Part shown: positions 52,596-64,000 of the stretch, piece by piece | Layout: the number at the start of each line of letters is the position of its first letter | Numbering within the stretch: the first letter of the stretch is position 1 | NCBI GenBank assembly: GCA_000165425.1 | Contig: CT868130.1 | Span: forward strand, 372,001 to 436,000 | Direction: 5' to 3' | DNA from: Paramecium tetraurelia | Lineage: Eukaryota | Length of the DNA stretch: 64,000 bases | The notes under the pieces: generated by a model | What the model saw: only the letters and a program-made list of their open reading frames with translations | Told to the model about the DNA's origin: nothing | Database searches by the model: none | Translations under genes and position numbers: made by a program

Positions 52596-53992
52596 ATGAG
52601 AGATGAGCACTCAAACAATGTTAATATGAAAATATGGTAGTTGATGTTTCTGTAACAAATATCGTAGTCATATCAGATTATATATCTTTCCTATCTCATT
52701 TGGAAATTTGATCCTTTGTATTTGATGTCATAATACTGGATGCTTGATATTTTTATGTTGACAGCTTTGGGATTATTGAAAATAAAGTACATTATTTTTA
52801 ATGTAGATTTAAAGCAATTGTAAATAATTTAATTATGGATACTTTGATTGGAAGTGCACTCAAATTATTACTTCTGATTAATGTTAAATATTATTAGCAA
52901 TTCTAAATTTAGTATTTTAGCTATGCAATTATGGCATACTATTTCATTAGAGTACTTGTATAGAATGTTCGTAAAATATCAAACAATTAATAAATATCAT
53001 AATATTCATTTGTAAACATTTATATAAATAAGAGATTGTTTAAGGAATCAAATTGCTATTTGTATTGCAAATCATGTTGATAACAATGAAGCGAACAAAA
53101 GCTATAACTTGGAATTGGTACAGTGTATTCAGCATATCCTGGGGATTGTTGATAATTTCCTTCATTGTGTATTTTGTGTTTCTGCTCTCTATGGGGGAAA
53201 CCATTATGGATTACGTTAGAAATCGCACAACAAAATCGCAATGTACATTTACATTATAACAACAGTGATAGGAGGTCTATGGTTGTCATTTTACATGAAT
53301 TCATTTTCAATCTTGCCCATGTGGTTTCTCTTAGAAGTAAGTTGGCATGAAGAAGCCAACTATTCAAACACAACTCAAACTCTATTTTTTGTACTAATTG
53401 TTTACAATGGTATAATACTATTAGGATTGCTACTGTTTTTTTCCTACATTAAGTAATAATCTCAAGTATTTAGAGATAATATATCATTGAAATCAGGTAT
53501 AATACAACTAATGAAAAAAATGAGACCAGGTAGCCTCAAAAGTTCAGGTAAGTTGACATTCCTTACAAAATTGTCCAAATTTCATCGACCTATTTTGACA
53601 TCATCCGCTATTAGAAGAATGTAATCTCTGTGAATCATAGCAATCAGTCAGTGATTCATTAGAAAACAAAATTAAAGGCATTTGAATTTGTTGGAAAGAC
53701 TGAGCAATTATAATCTCCTGCGGCTGAAAGGGAATTAGAATTAATTAAACAAATTGAAGAAAAATGTCAAATCTGCTATGATGTAGAACCTAATATTGTA
53801 TTATTGCCATGTCAACATGGGGGATTGTGCGAGGAATGCATTATTAAGTGGTTGGAGAAATAGAAAAATTGTTATATTTGTAGATAAGTAAGATGATTTT
53901 ATTTAGTTTAGAAAATAGAAAAATACTTAAGAATTGCGAAAAGCAATGAGGATGGAAAGTTTACAATTCGTGATATTGCTATGTGCGATTGA
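52596..53992 (+). CDS. Multi-pass membrane protein with C-terminal RING finger (putative membrane E3 ligase)
   Basis: Many hydrophobic segments including WNWYSVFSISW; C-terminal CQICYDVEPNIVLLPCQHGGLCEECIIKWLEKQKNCYICR. Confidence 0.8.
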
Positions 53993-54125
53993 AAGCAAAA
54001 GAATATAAAATCTCTTTAATTATACGCATAATTATATCATCAATTCCTTTTCGTTATTAACAAGCTAAGAAATACATAATCATTGTTATAATTTAAATTT
54101 AAAAGTCAATTTATATGTTATGATC

Positions 54126-55550
54126 TCAATGCTTAAAATTCATCACAAATGAGTTTTGTGTTTCTACTTCCTCATCATCAAATACATTTTCATTAGTATA
54201 AGAATAGTTCATATTAGCTACTTCAATTTATTTATATGAAAAATTGCTAGGACTCATATTATCGATATCTTGTTGATCAATATCTTGTTTTTATGCTGAG
54301 TAAATATCATCTTTAATATTTTTATTGCTTAAGTTAAATAAACACTTACTGATTAATATAAGTTTAGTAGAGATCTTATTGAATTTAAAATTGTTGTTAG
54401 ATAAATTTACAAAAGTTTTCTATTGATTTTTTTTGCTTAATTGCCTCTACTGTTCTATAAGTAAGATGTTAAATTCCTATGTGTCTAAATATCAACTCAA
54501 AGAGCCAGAATAAATGCTGTTTCTGGATCGAATTGAAATCAGGTTGTGCTTTGCGAAATTATTTAGTAAGAAATTTAATTATCTCTGATTATTTAATCTA
54601 AATAAGTTTAGATGATCAATAAATACATCAGACACATCTCCACAATACACTACTATATATTCAAGTTGGTTATTCAGAATTATCTATTCAACTTCGATGC
54701 TCAAAAATGAGGGGAAATTTTATCTAAAATAAGCAAATTGAGAATTAATATTAAGCAACAAAGGTAATTGAGAAATATCAATTTGAGGAGGCAATTGAAA
54801 AACAAAGTTCTTCGTATTCTTCTAATGATTCAATAATATTTTCTTGATGTCAGGATTGCAGTTTTTTATTTAATCTTTGGAATACAATGCTTCAGGATTC
54901 AAACTCGGATTAACAAATATTACATCAGTCTATAAGTTATTCAAAGTAAATATATCAGCATTAATTAGGTCGACATTAACAATTGAGTTTTGACAGTTCT
55001 TCTTCGCCAACTCTATGAATTTACTATCTATTTCCACTCCAATTACATAGTGGCATTCCTTTGCCAATTGAACCGTATTACCTCCAGTCCCACAACCTAA
55101 ATCAGTAATGATAACAAATTCTTTCATTCTCTTTGCTATATATCGAGCAATATTATCAGGCGTATGTTCGATCTTTTGTAATTGCTCTTGTATTGGTGAT
55201 TTTGAAGAATCCAAACTCAGAGTAGAGCTAGACAAATCATTTGTATTAAATCTCTTTTCTGTAATTTTGGCTATGATTTCTTCCTTACTAGCCTTATTCC
55301 TTAAGAAAAATAATTTGTTTTTTGGGTAGTCGGAGATCTTTAAGACAGAGTCTGTCAATTTATATTTTGAATCCTCGATTATTTATCCTCTGGATTCTTC
55401 AATATGATGATCAAAGGATAAATACTACATGCTCATTTTGTCATTTTATGAGGTCTTCGAACTTCGACTTGGTTATTTATTTCGCTTTATTTTAAAGCAG
55501 AAAAAATATGTTTCTTCCTCGTCGTCTTCATCCAATTACCTTAACTACAT
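54126..55550 (-). CDS. Trimethylguanosine synthase (TGS1)-like SAM-dependent methyltransferase, divergent
   Basis: HTPDNIARYIA, ITDLGCGTGGNTVQLA, VIGVEID, INADIF, VIFVNP, FQLPPQID; 1425 nt in frame from ATG 55550 to TGA 54126. Confidence 0.75.
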
Positions 55551-55743
55551 TTTTACTAATTAAATAATTTAAATAATTATTAAATGGTTGTGGTTTTAAT
55601 TAAATATCTTAGACACTCATGAACATAGTGATACAACAGAAAATGAGTAATCCAATATTTGTATCATATAATATATTTAAGTTTCGAACACAAAATTCTT
55701 AATTGATTTAAGATGCTTAATATTTTTTATTTATAAAAATTTT

Positions 55744-58700
55744 ATGTTTAAATTTGTAGAATACAAAAACTTTGAATAATTTCATCAATTCTTAAATTCA
55801 CATCCTTAAGTCACATATCAAGAAATTATTAAACATCCGCTATAAGAATATTAATTCGAAAATGAATTTGTTAATCCGATAATTGTCAAGCAATCTGTTA
55901 AGTTACCCTTTCAAGAATATATCAACATTATGCATTGCTCAAACAGATTCGTATACCTGGGCAGTCAGAAAAGAGTCTAAGTTTTTGATCTCAGGAGTGA
56001 AATTAAATTGATTCAGAAGCTCGATATATAAAATTCACTTGTGATCTAAGAAACTGAAGATTGTCTCTTTATTGGATAGCTAGAACATATTTTATTAATT
56101 GAAATCTCAAAGGATTTTTCAATTATTGGAACCCATAAATTAGGATAAGTTTAAGTTCCTTTTTCATTTCTCAGAGTGATACATGAATCTTAAAAACTTT
56201 TAGATTGGTATGAAATTGTGATAGCTGACCTCAAGGGCAATTCCACTAAAATCAAATGTAACATCTTTAAGCTCTTCAATAAAAGAAATGTACAATTTTC
56301 AACCCAAGAGATAACTTCAAATGGGTAAATTATAGATTAAAAAGAAAAAAATTTTGTCTCTCCAGGATTCAGCATTCTTTATGAATTGCTAGTTATGCAA
56401 GGTAGTAATGAAAATTATGCATTCCTATTATATCAAATGCACAATCGAATTTCAATTATTAGAGTTAACAAAATTAACAAAGAAGCACCTATTTAATTGT
56501 ATAATTTGTAGAATGATCAATTAGATGCTGGATGGGCATGTCTATCGACTTGTTAGGATAGCAACAGTTAAATTAGAAATTCCTTCTGTTGTAGCTATGG
56601 CAATGTCATCCATTTATTTATGTACGAAATTTAGGGAGGTGCAATCACAGTTGATGAAATCGGAGTTAAACAATTGGAAACTGATAAAAAAATAAATGGA
56701 TTGGAATGCTGCGATTCTGATATATTTGTGGTTTTATTTGATGATGGGTTTGCTTTAGTGCATGCAACTGAATTCAAGAAATGCGAAAATAAGTTGAACT
56801 ATTTCAATCAATCTTTGAAAATCAAAAAATTCAATGGCCATTTTATGTTAGGCTTAACTGAAGACACATTTGAATTCTTGTCTCTCTAAGATTGTAGAAC
56901 CTTATTATAAAATCAAGCTGATCAATTAGAATTTAGGAAGGCTATGCAAAATGCCATTAGGATTATGAATGGAGATTTGTTACTGATCAAAGTTGCACCT
57001 TCAGATTAATTATCAGAATTACTCTAGAAATTAGCATTTACTGAATGCTTGTTTTTGGGTAAATAGCAAAACTTAACAGTTTAATCTTTATCTGAGATTG
57101 TTAAGTTTTTAATCAAAGCCAAATTAGAACATTATTTATTCACAATCATTAGTGATGTTGCTTCTGATTTAGGATGCAAAGAAGTATTTTTATAGACAAT
57201 TGAAAGTTTACTTCGATAGCATTAAATTCCTTATATACCAGATTAGTAATTATATGAATTATGCAAAATGTATTAAAATTAACAAAATGTTGAGATGGTA
57301 CATCATTTAGTTTGCTCAACTGATTTTAGTAGAATATCAAGTGCTATATTAATTTCTTGCTGTGAATAGATGAAAATGTATAATGAAATGATCTACGTTT
57401 GTTAAATATCCCAAGATTTCGTCACTCCACTTGTTAAATTGTTTGGAGGTGAAAAATTATAAAATGAATGCCAGAAATATATATTGAGTATATTGGAAGG
57501 CAGGTCTTTTGAAGGAAAGAATTTGACTGATGAAGAATTTGCTAATGCTTTACGTAGTTTGATTTAGTTTCTTTTTGTGAGCGAAAATTTATTAAAATTT
57601 ATTAATAAAGATCCAAAAGAAGCATTTGATATAATATATTAATTTTATATTGGCAAAGCATAAGCTTGTATTGAGGATAGTAGAGCAGAGATTGTATTAA
57701 AAGTACAGGTAGATGAGACTGAAGGTTTTCTTTTTGATTTTGACGAAATTAATGTACGAAGCTCTGTTCATAGAAAAATGTATTTATCAGTTAGAAAATT
57801 AGAGTTTAATAAATCAGATATTTGGATATCTTATTTAACAGCCAAACTATTAATACAAAAGTTTCCTTTTTCATCTTAAGTGGCATATGACACAATCTAT
57901 ACGTTATGTAGGAACTACGAGTTTTTATTATCATTAAATAATGATGTATTATTAGTTAATCAATTTATCATCCGAGTCATGATGTCAAAAAAACTTACAG
58001 AAAGGCAATTGTCAGATTTAGAGTTTTCAGCTTCAATTGTCAAGAAATTTTCTCTGGCTTTAGTGTTTATATATTCTCAATAATAACAATATCAAAAAGC
58101 ATTTGAGGCTTTTAAAAATGTTAACTCTTAAATCAGAGAACTTATATTTCCATGGATTTAATAATTGGTTGAATTAAGGCCAATGATTTTGAATTAACAA
58201 AATGATGATTTTATTCTAGAAATTTTGAAGTATTTAATTACAATAGATGAATAGTAAACATATAAGTTAATTGAAAAGTATTTTCATTAGAAACACTTTT
58301 AAATTTTGACTTGTTTTTAAAAAGATTTTGAAGATTAAAAATACTTTGCTAATTTTATATCCTACTTATTTTAATCTTAAAAAGTGTTTTTAATTAATGA
58401 TTAAACCAAAATACTCTATCTTAAAAGGTTATGTGAAACTTAACCTAAATAAGTGTTGTAGGCTATTAAAAGTATGAGTTTTCCATTGGATGAAGCTTTG
58501 AAATTGACAAAGGAATTCAAAATCAATTAGGCAGCTGCTTATATCCATTAAATTAGTGGATCTATAAAATAAGCTTTGGATATATATATCAATTCATTTT
58601 TAAAGAAAATCAAAAAATCAATAGTTTTGTTAATGAAAAAATAAACTCTAGATAGTATTTGCACAGAAAAATTGAAATACAAATTAGAAACAATTATTTA

Positions 58701-59493
58701 ATTAATCTTAGAAGATTTAAAATAAAATTAAAATATCTATGATGATGATTAGAATTTATGGATGTATTTCGTAGATTTATACATAAATTAAAATAAAATA
58801 AGAACATTCATCATGCCAAATATCCCTTAAAGTGTAAAAGATCTATTAAGCCTTTATTTAAGTGAATACTTAGCAAGAATTAGCGATAGAGTCCAAGTTT
58901 CATAAATATTTGATCTATTAAATCAAAAATATCCTGAATTGCCAGTATCTGTTTTCAGATAAACTATTTATAGAGTTGTGAGTAAGTTTCATGATGATTT
59001 AAGAACACTAAAAGAAACCTCATTAATTTAGAGTAATGAGAAATATCAGATCATATAATAGTTGAAAGAGATTAATGTAATAATTCATTAAGTTTTAGTA
59101 AAGTGCATGGATCTGCAATCATATTTGCCAAAGATGTTAGAACCACATAGTCGACTCTGAACTTGCTATTGCTTTTACCTGTTCACATGTTTTCCATGAC
59201 TATTGTGTCTTAAAAGGCATATTCAAAATACCATTTTGTGATACATGTTAAACTGAAACTTCTTATAAAAGTAAATCATCAAAATATTATTAGTTTAAAA
59301 GGAGAGAATTTTGAAATAATACTAAGTTTAATAATCAATTTCTGAGTCTAAATTCCTTTAATAAATGTCTGTCAATAAAATTACAGTGATATCAAATCAA
59401 CAACAATAGATGTAAACGAGGAAGGATAAAAAATAATTGATTAAGAAATTTGATTTTGAGTTATAGTAAAAGTATGATTATTCTTGGGCTTGA
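55744..59493 (+). CDS. VPS8: VPS8-like CORVET subunit (beta-propeller, alpha-solenoid, RING-H2)
   Basis: Frame shared with ORF pieces 56674 and 57880. FLQTIESLLRQHQIPYIPD..MIYVCQISQDFVTPLVKL matches the Vps8 domain pattern. C-terminal CQRC..FTCSHVFHDYC..FCDTC. Confidence 0.75.
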
Positions 59494-60236
59494 ATATATA
59501 AGAGATGATGCATTTATACATTTCAAAATTAAATTTTTAAACTAAGCTGAATCTTAATATTCTTAATTATAGGAAGCTGGAACCATTTAAAAGCTAATAC
59601 TCTTTTGAAAAAGAAACATTTTTCTGATTCATTATCGTATTTTCAATAGTTCTAGCTTTTTCTTTTATTTGCTTAATAAAATATATCGAACTATATAAAA
59701 TAGTAAGGACATTAAAATCGAAAAATTGAATTTTTATCATAAAATTAATAGTTTAAAATCAAATCGAACCATAATATAAAGTGATCTTCTTTAAAAATGA
59801 ACAAATTGTTATTTATACTTTACATTTTAATTAATATTTTATTAATTTATATTAATGTTCATTTTAAATTAAAACTTAAGCAAGAATACGAATATTGTAA
59901 ACCTCTGATGAAATGGTTTTAAAAATAATATTATAATATACAAATTAATTGAATTTCATTGTTTGAGTGGAACTAATATATCTTGATTGTTAATTTAATT
60001 TTAAATTCCTTTTCTAAATGATTATGTAAGTCTTCTATAAATATTTAATTAGTATTTTTAAATACAAATTTGCACCTGTGATTAAATTTCATAATAATTT
60101 AACTTTGAAAAAATGTGCTCTTTTTCTATTAGGTTCAATTTATCTAGATTATTAGTTGGTTTTAGTCGGCACTTGAATCCATATTTTTATGGATTCAAAA
60201 TATAATATTTATAAGTGCTATATATATACAAATCAT

Positions 60237-60658
60237 TCAATATTGTTATCGATTTTTCATTAAATGTTAAGGTATGCAACAGAATTTAAGATTTATTAAT
60301 TATTTACACAATAATCTTATCTCCTAATTCAAATTCTCTTACATTAACTCACGCAAAAACATTGCTATATCTTCATTTTCTTCAAGATTTGCTTCTTACA
60401 TTAATCTTAATACTCTACACTAAAACAATAAATTTATTTAATACTAGTTCAGATTCATTGCTCCTAAGTTTTTTAAGTAAATTTAGCATATCTAGTTCTT
60501 TTTTAGGTGTTCTCTTCTTCTTTTATTTAGAATATGATTTTTACTTTGAATTATTCATTTAAAGCTTTCCTTCTCAAATCATGTCGGAATTGTTCTCTTT
60601 TTTTATTGGTTTCTCGTATTACTACTGTCTACTCTTGCTCAATCTATACTTCATACAT
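60237..60658 (-). CDS. Small protein (~125 aa) with an importin-beta-binding (IBB)-like basic helix
   Basis: MYEVQIEQEQTVVIRETNKKREQFRHDLRRKALNEQFK/intron/KKR...; two short GTA..AG introns keep the frame; 3' end inferred. Confidence 0.5.
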
Positions 60659-60710
60659 CAACTGATATAAGTACCTCCATTAACAATTAATTAAATAACT
60701 CTTAATAATA

Positions 60711-62399
60711 ATGAACAATATTGAAATATTATAGAAACTTTTAATTGAAGAAATCATAAATAAACAATATAGTCAAGAAGACTTTGAGTAGTATGTTTAA
60801 GTCTAAGCACCAGATAAGGGTAAATTTAAAATTTGATCTTAGATGATCTTTCAAAGTGGAATTATGAAGACTTAAAGTTGTGTATTGAGAACTTTTAAAC
60901 TTCAAAAAACACTTTAAAGCAAACTCCAAAATAAGAAGGAGAAATTTATGGATTCTAAAATATTGATGAGAAATTATACTCAGTAATTGTTTCAATTTAA
61001 CATAAAATCTATATTGTATAATTGATAAACTATGTAGGACAATATCTCTTTGGATCCATATGAAAAAGTTATAAAGTGTTAGTAAGAGAAATACCTCATT
61101 GAAAAGGATGTCGAGTTATAATTTTAGATTTCACAGTAAACAAAAATGATAATTTAGTCCTTAGGAAGTAAGAGCTTCAGGATTATGGTCTTTTATCACT
61201 TAGAAAAATTTTGTTGTTTTTTCAATCTAGACGTTTCCAATGCAATTTAAGGTATCAAGAACATTATAAGAATTTAATGATCTGAGAAATGTTATTTGTC
61301 AATATTTTCCTGAAAAAATAGTATGATATTAATCTATAAATAGATTCCTAGATTTCCTTATGGAGAATTAACTAAATTGGATGAAATGCAACCAATGATG
61401 GAGAACATCATTCTTTCAATAAAAGTAAATTGTTATAAAATGTTAGAATTTACTCTTACTTTATAATTAAATCCCTATAATTAGAACAATATAGCCTTGT
61501 TTATGGTTTATAAACGAAGACAATTAATAATTACTTTAAAAAAAACTAAAAGAAGAATTATAAAAAGAAAAGAGATATAAATTACAATAAAAATAGACAA
61601 AAACAGGAGACATTAAAGTTTCTTTAACTTTTGATGGATATAAAAAATTTTTAGATTAATCATCTTATCCAACCACTGCGATTAATCTTCTCAACGAAAT
61701 TATCTGTAACATCAATGAATTTTGCGCTTACCAAAAAAAGTCGTAAGAATTTTTAGGAAATGCTACTTAAAATTTGATTGAATTAACAAGTACTTTACCA
61801 AAATATCCTGAACAAAGTAGACTTATTGAGTACATCAATTTGACAAATGATCATTTTAATTAAATTACATAAGAAATAAATGATTCCTGTACATTACTTG
61901 ATAAAAATTTAAAATAAACATTTGCAAAATTATTAAGAAGTCATAAGTCTTTTATTAGATTATATGAAAATGTGTATGATATTAGAAGTAAGTTTGTCTA
62001 AGATTATAATATACTAAATAAAAAAAAGGATGATCTAATTAGAAATAGCGATTTGAAAACATTAATTTAAAAAATAATATCATAAAATAAATTTGATTAA
62101 TCAGAATGTGATAAATTATTAACTGATTCTGAATACTTGAAAGGGTTCCTTAATGTTCAAGAAACTCAGTAAAATTAATAACTTCAAGATCAGTTAGTTT
62201 ATATGCTATAAGAATATTCGAAGACTATAGATGAGTAATTTAGAGTTGATAAGCTTAAAGTGGTTACAACCTTTGGGGGATTTCTTTCTTCAAAGTAGAA
62301 ACTCTGTCAAAAATATGTATAAGATTTTTTAATAATTAGTGTGAGCAATGGTAGGATTTAGTTTATAAATATGAGATGGTAAAAGAAAAATTGAATTGA
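60711..62399 (+). CDS. Sorting nexin-like PX-domain protein with coiled-coil (BAR-like) tail
   Basis: N-term LLIEEIINKQYSQEDF..WNYEDL; PX-like FSIQTFPMQFKVSRTLQEFNDLRNVICQYFPEKIIPRFP; helical C-terminus. Confidence 0.7.
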
Positions 62400-62460
62400 A
62401 TTTATTAATTTTAATTCTATTTTATGATATTTATTAATAAATAAATTATAAAATTTGAAT

Positions 62461-64000
62461 ATGGATTAAAATCTTAAGAAGATGCAAGATTTGCTCATCA
62501 ATGAAATTATAAATAAATAGTATAGCGAGGATGATTTCTAAGGCTTTGCTTTTGAAAGATTTCCTGAAAAGGGTAAATTTTTGTTTAATTTTAAAGATGA
62601 ATTGTATAAGTGGAATTTTGATGATTTAAATTAATTAGTCCAACAATATTAATAATTATAAAATCAAAAGGCAGGTAATTAAGATTAGCTAAATCCTCAA
62701 GAATAGTTAGATAAAGTAAATATATCTTAGATTATAGAACAATTAATAAAATTAAGATCAAAATTTAAAAAAAGATGATAAAGTTGAGACTCACGTTTAG
62801 AAACAAAGTAGATTAATTCCTAAAAGATCAACATCTAAATCAGTTTTTGTTAATTCAATAACTAAGGAATAAGCATAATAAAAGGGCTTTAGCGAAATTT
62901 AAATGTAAATTCTAGATTAGATTTAAAAGGAGAGGTGTTAAATTTAATTTGTAAAATTTTACTCTAAGCATAGGAAAATTAAATTGTATTTTCTGAATAT
63001 GAGAAATAATATGAATGCCAAAAGAAAAGATAGTATATTGAAGAGAATGTAAAACTTAATTTTAAAGTTACGACTATAAATACTAAAAAACTAATTTTTA
63101 CAAATTAGGTATTTTGTATTGAGACTCAACCATTTAATTGGAAGGTCGAAAGATCAAAGGAAGATTTTTAGACTTTGGAAAAAATAATGCTAATGTATTT
63201 CCCAGAGTATTCTGGATATATACTTTAATATGATCAAAAATAGGATTTTCAATTACATTTAGAGGTAAGAATCAATTTAATAATTCAAGAATGCCTTAAA
63301 TATTTACTATAGCAAACCAAAAACAAGGTGTCTTGATTATTTTGTGTTGTTTTTAAACGATAACAAGGCTAATGAACTCCATCTGAAAAGTTTTAGCCAT
63401 TATACATAAAGTGAGAAAAATATTAGAAAATTTTAATTACCTTAAGTATCTACACCTTCTGGTTAACTAAAAATTGAATTTAGTAACAAAACTTATTAAG
63501 GTTACAAAAAACTCTAAAAATATCAAAATTAATTCCTTTAAAACTATAAAAAATTTGAAACAAAGATTTAGGAATCTTAATAAATTATTTATTAAGAAAT
63601 AGAAAAGATGAAATATTAATTAATACTATTAATCGATTCTAATAAAGGATTAGTACTAATTTATAATTTATTTTAGTTTATTTAAGATGAATTTGCTCAG
63701 AAAATACCTTTATTCAATTTAGAAATATTTTATGACCAAATTTACTAAGCTATTTAAATAAGTAATGAATCTAAAAAGTATGTTTCTAATACCATTGAAT
63801 CAATCTCAAAAAAAATAAGTCAAACCTATAAAGTTTTGGAATAGCCTCTAAATAAATGTTCTAAAAATGAACAAAAACTTAAGACTATTTATCTCAATGA
63901 TTTTGTATCAAAAAAAATGCCATTTTTAAAAGACAAAGAAATTAATGATCTATTAATTAATTAGGGTTTAAATTCAGATTCTTTTTCGGATTATTAATAT
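62461..64000 (+). CDS. Sorting nexin-like PX-domain protein, tandem paralog of the upstream gene; truncated by the window edge
   Basis: LLINEIINKQYSEDDF..WNFDDL; FCIETQPFNWKVERSKEDFQTLEKIMLMYFPEY; first intron 62573-62596 at the same position and phase as 60820-60842. Confidence 0.7.

Overview
AT-rich, very gene-dense eukaryotic DNA that reads cleanly only with the ciliate nuclear code (TAA/TAG = Gln, TGA = stop) and carries many 20-34 nt GT..AG introns. This fits a Paramecium-type macronuclear chromosome segment, so the supplied standard-code ORF track is fragmented and partly antisense noise. About 35 protein-coding genes were read by hand. They include an RCC1+IPT protein head-to-head with a ~2,778-aa single-frame NACHT/STAND-pentapeptide-propeller (NLR-like) protein, four kinases (CAMK-type, CK1, two CDPK-like), OSBP, a VAP-like protein, TMBIM, a TBC RabGAP, a 3-repeat Myb, a TTLL, DnaJ, RING proteins, FTase/GGTase-I alpha, succinyl-CoA ligase beta, CCT8, ETF-beta, a TGS1-like methyltransferase, VPS8 and three PX-domain genes. 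Top leads: (1) the NLR-like protein begins M-LRGG-GAC, a bare ubiquitin-tail motif that could be cut by a deubiquitinase to unmask a lipidation site; (2) a SWSAP1/RAD51-paralog-like small ATPase; (3) a 78-aa RVxF+CaaX microprotein; (4) an ATGA stop/start overlap between two same-strand genes. No tRNA, rRNA, CRISPR, telomeric array or transposon was recognised. Coordinates and introns are manual readings; no database search was run.
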